Below are positions 38,793-51,792 of a stretch of 56,114 nucleotides of DNA, in pieces. Position numbers and translations under genes: made by a program. Source of the DNA: Octopus sinensis (lineage: Eukaryota); NCBI RefSeq assembly GCF_006345805.1, contig NW_021833805.1, forward strand, positions 1 through 56,114, given 5' to 3'. How positions within the stretch are numbered: position 1 is the stretch's first letter; every line of letters starts with the position of its first letter. The notes beneath the pieces were generated by a model. The model saw only the letters and a program-made list of their open reading frames with translations, was not told the origin of the DNA and searched no databases.

Positions 38793-39100
38793 TATTTCTT
38801 TACTACCCACAAGGGGCTAAACACAGAGAGGAGAAACAAGGACAGACATCCGGATTAAGTCGATTATATAGACACCGGTGTGTAACTGGTACTTATTTAA
38901 TCGACCCCGAAAGGATGAAAGGCAAAGTCGACCTCCGCGGAATTTGAACTCAGAACGTAACGGCAGACGAAATACCTATTTCTTTACTACCCACAAGGAT
39001 GAAAGACCTCGGTGGAATTTGAACTCAGAATGTAACGGCAGACGAAATACGGCTATCTATTTCACCTGGCGTGCTAACGATTCTGCAAGCTCGCCGCCTT
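38793..39100 (-). mobile_element. SINE family A dimer-type copy
   Basis: Two ggaatttgaactcagaa blocks joined by gaaatacctatttctttactacccacaagg. Confidence 0.9.
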
Positions 39101-39165
39101 TAAAATGGTAACATTATATCACAAAAACTTCTGTGGCTGGAAGAAAAGGATGGTAACTTACATTT

Positions 39166-39470
39166 GGAGGCACATGGCCTAGTGGTTAGAGCAGCGGACT
39201 CGCGGTCAAGGGATCGCGGTTTCGAATCTCAGACCGGGCGATGGTGTTTATGAGCGAAACACCTAAGCTCCACGCGGCTCCGGCAGAAAGTAATGGCGAA
39301 CTTCTGCTGACTCTTTCGCCACAACTTTCTCTCACTCTTTTCTCCTGCATCTTGCAACTCACCTACGACCGACCAGCATCCCGTCCAGTACCAGTCGCGT
39401 ACTGGGGTCGATCTAATCGACTGGCCCCCTTCCCAAAAATTTCGGGCCATGTGCCAAGAGTAGAAAAGCA
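39166..39470 (+). mobile_element. SINE family D fused to a family A-type 3' end
   Basis: ggaggcacatggcctagtggttagagcagcggactcgc...tttcgaatctcagaccgggcg, then actggggtcgatctaatcgac...cccaaaaatttcgggcc. Confidence 0.85.
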
Positions 39471-39489
39471 TATATTCTGCTTCCTTACT

Positions 39490-40390
39490 TACATTTGGAG
39501 AAGGTTTTACTCTTTTACCCCTATCAAAAACCTTTGCATCTTAATTCTGAGTATTGCGCCCCTTAACCCGTGCTGGGATTTTTCTTAATCTATTTCCATC
39601 TTGTTCAGTGTTGCTAGCAACTGGTCATGTAGGAGCTTCTCTCGCCATCGTTTTAACACACCATTTTATAGTTCCCCTTTTAATTTCGTTCTTCACTTTT
39701 TTTACAATTTTTCTCATCAATATTGTATCTTACTTCAGTAAAGGTCCTATTATACATCATATTTGCTGGCTTCCATGAAGAATAACACACTGTATTTTAT
39801 TTTATTCATATTTTGTTACTATTTGAATTTTTCTCTTATACTTTACAAGTCTGTAGTCGTACAGTCAATATTGCATAAGAGTTTTCTTGTAACATAAACC
39901 ATCTACTTCCTTACGTTTGTGGTAATTATAATCTTCCTCTGTCACATTTCGGGTGCTTCATTTTAAATTTGCACATTATTTTTCTTGCTCTTTCTCAACG
40001 TAGATCTTCTAATTCAATTATGTTTCTTGTTGAGAATATTGTAACTATAAATTATTACTGTGACAGCTGGAGTATTGGCTCCTTTCATCTTTTTTCCCCC
40101 CATTTATATTTATCTCCGTTTGTATATTAATCAAGTGCGCTTATAAAATTCGTTTCCAACATTTTCTTTCATTTGTGCGTGCTGAACTTTCTCTTTTTCA
40201 ATAATTCCTAAATATTTGCAAATTTGAGTTTATTCTACTTCACCCCCTCTTTTTTTTTCTTTTTATCAACTAAGGCATAAATGTCCAAATCCGATGCTGA
40301 TCCCTCTAGAAAATCCCTATATTGTCTGAAGTAGGGTTACTAATTGTCTATCAACCGTAGTTCATAACTTTGGGTCACCCATATTTAAAG
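39490..40390 (-). mobile_element. Degenerate Dong/R4-like LINE fragment (RT C-terminus/thumb to post-RT region)
   Basis: Minus strand, across stops and frameshifts: ICKYLGII, KVQHAQMKENVGNEFYKR, TPAVTVIIYSYNI, KHPKCDRGRL.LP, KRWREKLLHDQ. These match R4/Dong YKYLG...KEYxRR...YSF...HPKADxxRLY...WxxKxLHGQ. Confidence 0.82.
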
Positions 40391-40392
40391 GA

Positions 40393-40647
40393 TACTCTTT
40401 TACTCTTTTCAGTCATTTGACTGCGGCCATGCTGGAGCACCGCCTTTAGTCAAGCAAATCGACCCCAGGACTTATTCTTTGTAAGCATAGTACTTATTCT
40501 ATCGGTCTCTTTTGCCGAGCGCTAAGTTACGGGGACGTAAACACTCCAGCATCGGTTGTAAGCGATGTTGGGGAGAAAACAACTCACACACACAAAGACA
40601 CACACATACACAATACACACACACATATATATATATTATATATATAT

Positions 40648-40693
<46 letters not shown>

Positions 40694-40855
40694 CGACGGG
40701 CTTCTTTCAGTTTCCGTCTACCAAATCCACTCACAAGGCTTTGGTCGGCCCGAGGCTATAGTAGAAGACACTTGCCCAAGGTACCACGCAGTGGAACTGA
40801 ACCCGGAACCATGTGGTTTATAAGCAAGCTACTTACCACACAGCTACTCCTGCGC
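40393..40855 (-). mobile_element. SINE family B, full length with internal microsatellite
   Basis: Reverse complement of the complete family B layout; internal (CA)/(TA) at ~40585-40690. Confidence 0.92.
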
Positions 40856-41003
40856 ATTTGTTGCTAATTCTAGTCTGATTTTACATTTTAGTTAAAGTTA
40901 TTAGCGCCAGAAAGAAAGGGAAGAATAGAAATCACTTTGGAATATTCGTGTCGTAAGAGAGATGGGGTTAGTTTTTATAATCTCATCTAATAAGCTGTCT
41001 CTG

Positions 41004-41350
41004 AAGGCGCATGGCTCAGTGGTTAGAGTATTTGGCTTAGAACAGAGAAGCTGTGATCTTGATTCCCAGGCCAGGCTATTTGCTGTGTTCTTGAGCAAGA
41101 CACTTTATTTCACGCGGCTTCATTTCACTCAGCTGTAGAAATGAGTTCTTAAGTTACTAATGACAAGCTGTATCGGCCTTTGCCTTTTCTTTGGATAACA
41201 TCGGTGGTGCTGAGAAAGGGAGGCTGGTATGCATGGACGACTGCTGGTCTTCCATACATAACCTTGCCCGGATTTGTGCCTCGAAAGGAACTTCCTAGGT
41301 GCAATCCCATGATCATTTGCGACCGAAGGAGGTCTTTACCCATTACTTTA
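41004..41350 (+). mobile_element. tRNA-derived CORE-like SINE family E
   Basis: ggcgcatggctcagtggttagag...gtgttcttgagcaagacactttatttcac...cactcagctgtagaaatgag, with a distinct 3' end gaccgaaggaggtctttaccc. Confidence 0.75.
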
Positions 41351-42503
41351 CCTATGGCTGTCTCAAATTCTACAGTTTATTCATAAAGTGTTTAACGTAT
41401 ATGCTTATTTGAGTTAAGTTACGGCTAATGTTTCTCGGATTCACTGTTAACAACATTCTAGTAATTTAATATACGCCACACACACACACACACACACACG
41501 GAATCTTTGCTTTCTGTACCACGAGTTACCAAAATATATATAGATCGCCAGGGGGTGATAGAATTGTCCACCAGGTCGAAAGATAGTTGGGGTTGACAAG
41601 TGTCGATAAAAAGGTCAGTGGTGGAGCTATAAAGTTCAGAGACCGAAGAAATTTACTTCTAAATATTTAAAATTAAAATACCCAATGATACAAACATAAA
41701 GAAAGAATGATAAAATTGCTACTCTTTAAAACACCGTGTGGTTTTTTGGCCAGAGGCCTACGTAAACAATTTATCCCAAAAAATAGAAATGACAATTTTA
41801 TAATTTATATTATAACAATAAATAAAAGAGTATGGTTGAAATAGCTTTAATCTCTCTCTCTCTCTTTCTCTTTTTACTGCTTTAGTATATTCAACCGTAT
41901 GACCTACGTCTTTGATGTGGTTCTTTTGATTTTGAAAGAAAAGTTACAACTAGTATATCAATGTTGATAGGAAATATACGTAATTATTTAACCGATATTT
42001 TAAATTAATGATCCGCATTTGTTCGCTTTCATAGCAAGTATTCTTATCAAAATATTGGGTCTACAGACACACACACAAAGAAAACAACTACAATAAATGT
42101 TTAAAATTTCGTAATAAATATATATATAAAAAACATACTTTTAAAGTGAATTTTTGCTTCAAGAAATAAATTTCACAAAACTATCTATATTATCTCCGAC
42201 CGTTCAAATATCACTAATTACTACGCGCGAACTTGTAGTCATGTGTGCATATATGTGTAAATATAAACACATATATACTAATGATATTGCTTCAAGAGAT
42301 GGAGGGGGGGGGATCAAATTTTCCTATGAAGCACAAGCGCTGGTTGCACTGTACTTCTTTTTATTGCTATCAGTCAACTAGTTAGCTAATTAACTAATTA
42401 ATTGTTGCATCAATCATTTAATAAATCAATTAGCTGCCTTGTCAGAGTCATTTCATCCTTTCACATCAAAAAACTTTCAAAAGAAATATAACCGATTAGT
42501 ACT

Positions 42504-42548
<45 letters not shown>

Positions 42549-42819
42549 GTACTTGTATATATAAATATATATATATATTCTCTTGTATATATTGTTTGTA
42601 TAGATGTTTATCGAAAGGTTCAATAGATTAATACGTTTAAGCCTAGATCGATGACAGTAATAATGTATAAAATAATAGGTTATTCGTTATTCATACTAAC
42701 ATTCAAGCAAACACACAGACAACACACACATATGGCTCATTGAATGGAATATGCATCTTGTAATTCATGATTCACGTCGTTGCATATACGGGCGTGTGTA
42801 TAAACATATATTAATGATT

Positions 42820-43032
42820 TCAAGTTTTTGGTACAAGGCCAGCAAATTCGGGGTAGGGGCAAGTCGATTACATCGACCCCAGTGTTCAAATGGTACTTAT
42901 TTCATCTATTGCGGAAAAATGAAAGCCAAGGTCGACCTCGGCGGAATTTGAACTCAGAACATAAAAGGCAGTCTTAATGCTGCTAAACATTTTGCCCGGC
43001 GTGCTTAGGATTTTGCCAGTTCAGTTCGCCTT
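42820..43032 (-). mobile_element. SINE family A
   Basis: ttttggtacaaggccagc...gtcgacctcggcggaatttgaactcagaac...gcccggcgtgct. Confidence 0.88.
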
Positions 43033-43043
43033 ACACACACAGA

Positions 43044-43087
<44 letters not shown>

Positions 43088-43358
43088 ACATACACAGCAC
43101 ACAGACACGCACATTGGTACCACATTCATCCCAATTATTTTACTAAAAAAAAATTATTCGTAAGTATACGGTGTTGATTACACACTTTCCTTTGTGTCGA
43201 TTATACTATATCACACACACACACACAAACACACACACACATACACATTGCTCTATGCATGAACTAGATTTAATATTTATTGTAAAATAGTCAGTGAATA
43301 TATTTTGCCATTGCTTAGTATCGTATATTCATGTACACGAAATACGTGGTCACGATCG

Positions 43359-43395
<37 letters not shown>

Positions 43396-43919
43396 TTATA
43401 CATCATTGCTCAGTGATTCCAATAGAGTCAAAACGTGGAATATAAATTTCCTTATTACAGGCTTCACGCACCTTTAGGTATAGACGAGTCTGTCCAACCA
43501 GTAAGTCATCTCGCAACCAAAGTTCTATTATTCTACCACATTTATTACTTCTTATAAGCAGTGTGTGCCTTTGTGCATGAAGAGCTAAGGAAATCAACCT
43601 TCAAGACCCTCAGATGTTAGTGAGTGGAAATAAATGAATCCATAATATAAATTCATTTCGTAATATTCTACATGATTTAGTCTTTGTAAATGAAAACTGC
43701 AAATGTTCTCCATAAACACAGAATCCATACCGAATGTCCATAAAGAGTCTCCATACAGAATCCTTGCAACTGTGAACTGAAGCTAAGGAAATCTATAAAA
43801 ACTTTTACCGTCCCCACTTCGTTCTGTTTTATATAAATGAGCACATCTATGGAGATTGAAATTCGAAAAAGTCAGCCCTTCCCCCACAGACTTAGAAGTG
43901 TTTGGAATAAGGTATATTA

Positions 43920-44330
43920 GGCGCAGGAGTGGCTGTGTGGTAAGTAGCTTGTTTACCAACCACATGGTCCCGGGTTCAGTCCCACTGCGTGGCACCTTGG
44001 GCAAGTGTCTTCTACTATAACCTCGGGCCGACCAAAGCCTTGTGAGTAGATTTGGTAGACGGAAACTGAAAGAAGCCCGTCGTATATATGTATATATATA
44101 TATATTTGTGTGTGTGTGTGTGTGTGTTTGTGTGTCTGTGTTTGTCCCCCTAGCATTGCTTGACAACCGATGCTGGTGTGTTTATGTCCCCGTAACTTAG
44201 CGGTTCGGCAAAAGAGACCGATAGAATAAGTACTGGGCTTACAAAAGAATAAGTCCCGGGGTCGAGTTGCTCGATTAAAGGCGGTGCTCCACCATGGCCG
44301 CAGTGAAATGACTGAAACAAGTAAAAGAGT
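43920..44330 (+). mobile_element. SINE family B, full length
   Basis: ggcgcaggagtggctgtgtggtaagtagcttg... internal (TA)(TG) ...aaatgactgaaacaagtaaaagagt. Confidence 0.93.
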
Positions 44331-44898
44331 ATGCAAAATTGAGTAGTATATATATATCATGCATGCATACATACCTACATGCATATGTACATTAAAAAGG
44401 AGCATGGAGCGAGTAACATTTTATTACGTAATACAACAATTGCTGCAGACGTGGCTGAGTGGTAAGAAGCTTGTTTCCTAACCACATGGATCCGGGTTTA
44501 GTGCCAGTCCATGACACCTTGGGTCAGTATAGCCTCTGGTCAATCAAAACTATGTGAATGGATTTGGGAGATGGAAATCGAAAAAGAAGCGAAGAATTAG
44601 TTACCTTTGATGAGCTTTAATTTTAAGCGAAACTGCACCAGTATGTAGATCTCGCTCGCTGTGGGACGGTTATCTCTCCTGTCGGTACATAGACATGTGC
44701 CTTTTTTGCAGCTCTAAGGGTTTTATTTCCAGCAATGTATGTACTACTCTGCACCGTCAGTTACAATTAGTGACAATTGAATTTTTCCTTGTTGGTTTTA
44801 TATTGTGTATAGCCGCCTTCGTTATGCTATATATATATATATATATATATACATTTGCATGTATACACACACACTAACACACACACAACACACACATA

Positions 44899-44931
<33 letters not shown>

Positions 44932-45279
44932 TTATGATATATAATATATTATATTTATATATTATATATACATATATATACGTACATATATATATACATA
45001 CATAATATAATATATACATATATATATATACATATATATATATGTGTTGTTGCGTGTGTGTGATATATATGTGTGTGTAGGTGTGTGTGTGTCTGTGATA
45101 CCTTTACCTTACACTTGCATTCCCAATTTACCCACATTAAGACATTTTACAGAAGTGGTTACCAACCGGTGTTTATATATATATATGATTTTGCTCATAG
45201 ATTTTATAAAAGATTTTGGTTATACTTCTAACAATCCACTAAGTATTTAAACAATTTTTGTAATACAATTCCTAATTTT

Positions 45280-45470
45280 ACTGGTTTCAATTTTGGAACA
45301 AGGCCAGCAATTTGGAGTAGAGGTTAAGTCGATTACATCGAACCCAGTGGTACATATTTTATCGAAAGGCAAAGTCAATTTTGGCGGCATTTGAACCCAG
45401 AACGTAATGACGGAAGAAATACCCCTAAGCATTTTACATGGCGTGTTAACATTCTGCCAGCTCGCTGCTT
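45280..45470 (-). mobile_element. SINE family A, degenerate
   Basis: ggtttcaattttggaacaaggccagc...aaggcaaagtcaattttggcggcatttgaacccagaac. Confidence 0.82.
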
Positions 45471-46707
45471 TACAGTTCCTAATAATATTTAATAATAAAC
45501 ATATAATAAGATTTATTAAAACACAGGTGATAGGGAGGTGGAGTACAACAGTTATCAAAAGATTCCATTGGCAAAAAATAGTTGAGAAACACTGTTTTAA
45601 AACACAGAATCAGAAATCACGGCAATGGACATAGTGACCTACATACTCAACTTCCAAATTCTCGCCCGAATATTCATATTACTGCTAACAATCATTAGCC
45701 TCATATCTCTTGTTTTATTTAACCTCGTACGATAACCTGTGTGATTTTATTTTCTTTCAGTAGATTCTGGCACTTTATTTAATTTTATTATCGACTACAC
45801 TGTGCGTAGTGAGTTTTATTTTGCGTGTTAGTTGTCCTTGCATGCGCGCTAACATCTCGCTGTGAATGTATATGTTTGTATGTATGCGTGTGTGTGTGCT
45901 TATATATATATATATATGTATATACACACATATCTCTCTCTCTCTCTCTGTCTCTCTCTGTCTCTCTCTCTCTCTCTCCTCTCTATATATATATATATAT
46001 ATATGCATATATATATACACCTAAAACATACTATGTGCGCACATATATATACACATACACTCATACACAGACACAGACACAAATATATGGTAAATGAAGA
46101 ACAGAAGAAGGAGTATACGAGAATTGTTATCATTAATCACAACAATCGTTTCGACACATCCAGCATCGATCCCTCACGGATGGGACACTTAACAAACTTA
46201 ACAACTGGTTCGGGAGTATCCGGCGGTGCATTTGTGTCTCATCGGGTGATAAATAGAAATAACTTGTTAAAATAACAATTCCGCAATATATCTTCTCATT
46301 TCGTAGAAAGAAAAGATGCAAAACGAATGAAATACCTTATTTTATATAGAAGATCAAAAATAAAATCACAAATGCAAACAAGAGACGAACACGCAATACA
46401 GCGACAAAAGTATCGAAAATAACCGTTGACAGATATGGATGTATAAAACCCCTCGCGTATATTGCATGGTGCGTGCGCACTCGCTCATACAAGCATCTGC
46501 GAAAATGATAACATACGAGTACGTGTGGTTTGGTGTACACACGATCACAAAGCGAGTTAAATAAATACTTGGCATTTATAAGAATGGGGAGATTAAAGCT
46601 AAATTTAATTCATCTATACTGCTCTCTCTCTCTCTCCCTCTCTCTCTCTATATATATATATATAATTATATATGTATGTATGTATGTATATATATATATA
46701 TATATAC

Positions 46708-46947
46708 ATTATCTCCCCTACTCCCTAGCTCTCCTGCGTGACCCTTCTGTCCACCCTTCGCCATCATAGATCGCTAGCCACTACACATTCTTTATTTTCT
46801 CTCCTTGTTTCTTTTTGTGTTCCTTTCTGTGGAAGAGCGTAAGCCCGAAACGTTAAAGACTTTTTCACTTCCCGAGCGTTATACTAATACATCGTTTGTT
46901 GTCTACACTACTTGTCGTCGTCTTTTGTTTTCTTCGTGAATTCTCCC

Positions 46948-46950
<3 letters not shown>
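46708..46950 (+). mobile_element. Penelope-like element pLTR remnant
   Basis: Contains a PLE-type minimal hammerhead and ends ...gaattctccctatata within a (TA)n run. Confidence 0.6.
46823..46858 (+). ncRNA. Minimal type I hammerhead-like motif (CUGUGGA core variant)
   Basis: Stem I CUUU/AAAG; core CUGUGGA plus A at 46827-46834; stem II GAGC-GUAA-GCCC (one A-C mismatch); GAAA; palindromic ACGU stem III; GUU site at 46852-46854. Confidence 0.55.
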
Positions 46951-47005
<55 letters not shown>

Positions 47006-48070
47006 AATTATAATCTTATCTAACAGGTAATACTCCGTAACACTGAGTTCATTTCCGGAATAATCTGTAGATGTGGAAAGAAAACGTGTAGAGAAATGGT
47101 TACGGCAATGATTTGAAACGACCCATAGTTACTTCCGGTTACACTGTTACAGTTCTGTTTATGGAAAAAGGTTTGCTACATGTGTGAACTGGAAATATAT
47201 GTTTGATAGCAGATCCTTGTACTTCGAAAGAACCTATCTTTTCTTAGGAAATGGGATTTGATATTAGAGACATTTGAAGTTAAGTCTGCTTCATAAGGTG
47301 GAAATAAAGGTTACATGAAGGTATAGGTTAAAGAAACTACTGAGGTAAATGATTTCTCACCTTGAGGATATAGAAACGGAAATTGAGATTGTCGTTTATA
47401 TGAGAGATGTTAAATTTAAAGGGGTTAAGGAGAATGTATAAGAGCTCGTGGCCAAAATATCTGTGGCAATCTATTCAGTTATGTGGTTGTATATGTTTCT
47501 AGTTTCAGAAGATACTTTCCAAAGTGACAGCATTTAGTGAAGTTCTATGACCTGACACTTAAATAAATCTGAAAATTTATATATTCCAATACACATAAGT
47601 TTCAATAAATGTGCGGTTGCACGAACTCTTGTGAATATTAGGCCTTTCTTTCATCAGATAATTATTTAGGACGTCGTTCGGTAATATGAAACGCATAATT
47701 ATTAATTATTAGCAGTAAGACATGATATTTTAATAAATGTTTAAACTTTACTATAAACATAAAGTAGTCTTGTTTCGTTTGGAGTTACGACTGTAATAAA
47801 GTATGTGTGTGTATGTGTATGTGTTGTGTGTGAGTGGTTGTTTGTGTATCTGTGTGTGTATGGATGTATATTTATATAAGTATACATATGCATGTAAATA
47901 TGTATTTCTGCGTACACATAGAGGCATGTTTACACACATTTTCACACCTATACACGCGAACAAACAGATGGATGCCTACGTATACAGATATAGACTCACA
48001 CACATACGAATATACATCTATACAATACACGTAACAACAGACATGCACGTACACACATAGACACACAGAC

Positions 48071-48108
<38 letters not shown>

Positions 48109-48354
48109 AATATATATATATAATGAAATAGTGAGTTGCGTGGTGTGTCTGTATAATGTAATGTCGGAGATAATTAGTTTAAGAGATAAACTGTGGTGTT
48201 TAAAACGAGCGTGTGCATTGTGTGAGAAAAGGCGGTAAAGTATTTGAGTTGTTTAATAGCAGCTGAGGAAACTCGGTTTTCTTAATATTCGTTGGTCAGA
48301 CAACAGAAAATTCACACTCGCATGTTGCACTTAAAAACACACGGCTCCCTTTAA

Positions 48355-48995
48355 CGTCTCTCCCCTCCTCTCTCTCTCTTTCTCCGTGTCTGACTTTCTC
48401 TTTCTTCAGATCAAACCATGAATACCTATCCGGTTGCGTCTCTCTTTCTCTGTCCCTCTATTTATTGCTGTTCCTCTTTACTCTCTTTCTCTCTTTCTTT
48501 GTTCCTCTCTATCTTTATTCCTCTCTATCTTCGTTTCTCCATTCCTCTTCCCTTGTTTGTTTCTTTCTTTCTTTCGCTTTCTCTTTCTGGTTTTCTTCCT
48601 CTCTTAGTCTTTCTCCTCCAGTTCTTCAACCACACACACACATTATACACCCTCTTTCTCTCTTTCTTCCTCTCTTGCCCTGTCTCTCCTTCCCTCTCTC
48701 TGTTTCTCTACCTCTACCTCTACCCCTCTTTCTCATAATCTCCCCAGACTCTATCTCTCTCTCTCTACGCTTCTCAAAACCTACTTCAGATGGCTTTATC
48801 TCCTCCCACCTTTCCTATCTCTCTCAGTCTCTCCCTCTCCCTTTCACTCTCATTTCATCTCATACTTCGCCACATCTCACTCTCTCCCTCTCCTTTTCTC
48901 ATTTTTCCAACGTGTCTTTATGTCTCTACTACATCTCTCTCTCTCTCTCTCTCTCTCCCATTTCTTTCTCCGTGTCTCTCTGTCTCTCTCTATTT
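48355..48995. repeat. ~640-bp CT-rich polypyrimidine tract
   Basis: Strong strand asymmetry of imperfect (CT)n/(CTT)n. Confidence 0.92.
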
Positions 48996-49308
48996 CTATT
49001 CCTTCGCTGTTATACTGATACGTTATACTGATATAAGTCTTTGAAAGAAAAGACCGTGTGAAAAGAAGTCGTGTATCTCAATATACGGCCAGGCCCCTTC
49101 GCACACCCGTATCGATATAGGTTCACACCCATCAACATTGACACGACATATGCGCATTGATACGAATACATACATGCACACATAAATACATACATACATA
49201 TACGTATACACATGCAAAAACACATGCACACACACACACATATATATGTATATACATGTATATGTGCATATATATATATGTGTATATATATATGTATATA
49301 TAAATATG

Positions 49309-49343
<35 letters not shown>

Positions 49344-49589
49344 TATATGTATGTGTGTATGTATATGCACGCACACACACATATACATGTATATGTATAT
49401 AACTATATCTACATGTCTGCGTGTATATACACCTATACCTATGTATATATACATGTGCGTGTGTGTATATATATATATATATATAGGTATACATACTTAT
49501 ATGCATTCATACTACATAAAAACATATATGTATAAACATGTGTGTTTGTGTATATCCATCCATACATACATGCACACACACGCACACAC

Positions 49590-49624
<35 letters not shown>

Positions 49625-50040
49625 TATATACACACACACACGCACATATATATAATATATATGCTAGACACAAGTATTTCGCATACACACTTATGTATAA
49701 GCAATTGTGCGCGTTTGTATTTGTATGTATAGTGTGTATGTGAATGTCTGTGTTTGCATGTGTGTATGTGTGTGTGTTTGCGCACGCGCCCAGTTGTATC
49801 CAGTGAACTGGTTGTTGGCCACGCTGGGGCATGCCCTTTTCAGGTTACAAAATCGCGTGTAATGCATTTTACAGAGTTGGATATGACTTGGCAATTTCAC
49901 AATTTGACAGCTTTTATTTCTTCGTAAAGGTACACACAGAAGTTAATGTGCATGCACTTATACACACAGCAGCAAACGTATACGCCTGTAACCAATATGG
50001 CGTGATTTGGTGTGAAATTAAATATACGTACATACATACA

Positions 50041-50073
<33 letters not shown>

Positions 50074-50077
50074 GTGT

Positions 50078-50126
<49 letters not shown>

Positions 50127-50151
50127 ATGGATACACACACTACTTATATAC

Positions 50152-50188
<37 letters not shown>

Positions 50189-50389
50189 GTATATAAGTTA
50201 TATATGCATATATGTAAATACATATGTATATATAAGATATATATGTTAAATATGTTACTCCATACATACATACATACATACATATATATATAAATATATA
50301 TGTGTGTGTGTGTGTGTGTATGTACAAAGAGAGTAAGAAAGAGAGAAAGAGAAAGAAAGAGTGTAGGACAGACACGCAGATTGATGGAG

Positions 50390-50409
50390 AGATAGATAGA
50401 TAGATAGAT

Positions 50410-50440
<31 letters not shown>

Positions 50441-50489
50441 AAGATAGATAGATAGATAGATAGATTGATAGAAAGATAGATAGATAGAT

Positions 50490-50576
<87 letters not shown>

Positions 50577-50577
50577 C
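50390..50577. repeat. (GATA)n microsatellite
   Basis: Direct reading. Confidence 0.97.
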
Positions 50578-50849
50578 TGAGAGGCTGGTAGATAGATATA
50601 TGTGTTCAGACGTACACATATGACTTATTAGTCGTGAAACTACTTTGATTTTGCTGCTCCGTGTTTCCCGCCAAACACATGCTTATGTATTATATCACAC
50701 GTCTATGTTCATATTTAATCACACATGCGTGTGTGCATGTTCTTCTCGTCCTATTTTGACTTTTAGAATAAATTTTAACCGGCCACCAGCTTGGTAGCGA
50801 GTGTGTGAATGAAAGCTTTTTCGTTTTAGCTATCGTACTTTCAATCTCG

Positions 50850-51624
50850 AGCGGCAGAAACGTTAGCACGCCGGGGGAAATACTTAGCGGTATTTCGTCT
50901 GCCGCTACGTTCTGAGTTCAAATTCCGCCGAGGTCGACTTTGCCTTTCATCCTTTCGGGGTCGATAAATTAAGTACCAGTTACGCACTGGGGTCGATGTA
51001 ATCGACTTAATACCTATGTCTGTCCTTGTTTGTTCCCTCTATGTTTAGCCCCTCGTGGGTAATAAAGAAATAGGTATTTCGTCTGCGGTTTCGTTCTGCG
51101 TTCAAATTCCGCCGAGGTCAACTTTGCCTTTCATCCTTTCGGGGTCGATAAATTAAGTATCAGTTACGCACTGGAGTCGATATAATTGACTTAATCCGTT
51201 TGTCTGTCCTTGTTTGTCCCTTCTGTTTTTAACCCCTTGTGAATAGTAAAGAAATAGGTATTTCGTCTGCCGCTACGTCCTGAGTTCAAATTCCGCCGAG
51301 GTCAACTTTGCCTTTCATCCTTTCGGGGTCGATAAATTAAGTATCAGTTACGCACTGGAGTCGATATAATTGACTTAATCCGTTTGTCTGTCCTTGTTTG
51401 TCCCTTCTGTGTTTAACCCCTTGTGAATAGTAAAGAAATAGGTATTTCGTCTGCCGCTACGCCCTGAGTTCAAATTCCGCCGAGGTCGACTTTACCTTTC
51501 ATACTTTCGGGGTCGATTAAATAAGTACCAGTTACGCACTGGGGTCGATGTAATCGACTTAATCCGTTTGTCTGTCCTTGTTTGTCCTCTTTGTGTTTAT
51601 CCCTCTGTGGGCAATAAAGAAATA
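50850..51624 (+). mobile_element. SINE family A with four head-to-tail 184-bp body units
   Basis: ggtatttcgtctg starts at 50889, 51073, 51257 and 51441; only one 5' head is present. Confidence 0.95.
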
Positions 51625-51756
51625 AATCTTCAGAAGTTCTTGCAGACTTTTGTTCTTCCTGTTATAGTGCTCATCTTTAGCGTATGAATTAAGGATTTGC
51701 ATTCTCTTCCCAAGATGTATGTATTCTGTATGTATATGTGTATGTGTGTGTGTGTG

Positions 51757-51792
<36 letters not shown>

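Noticed and set aside
47060-47095. Hammerhead-like ctgtagatg...gaaaacgtgtag
   Set aside because: It resembles PLE CUGAAGAUG...CGAAACGCGUAG, but stem II cannot form and the core is mutated; at best a dead relic.
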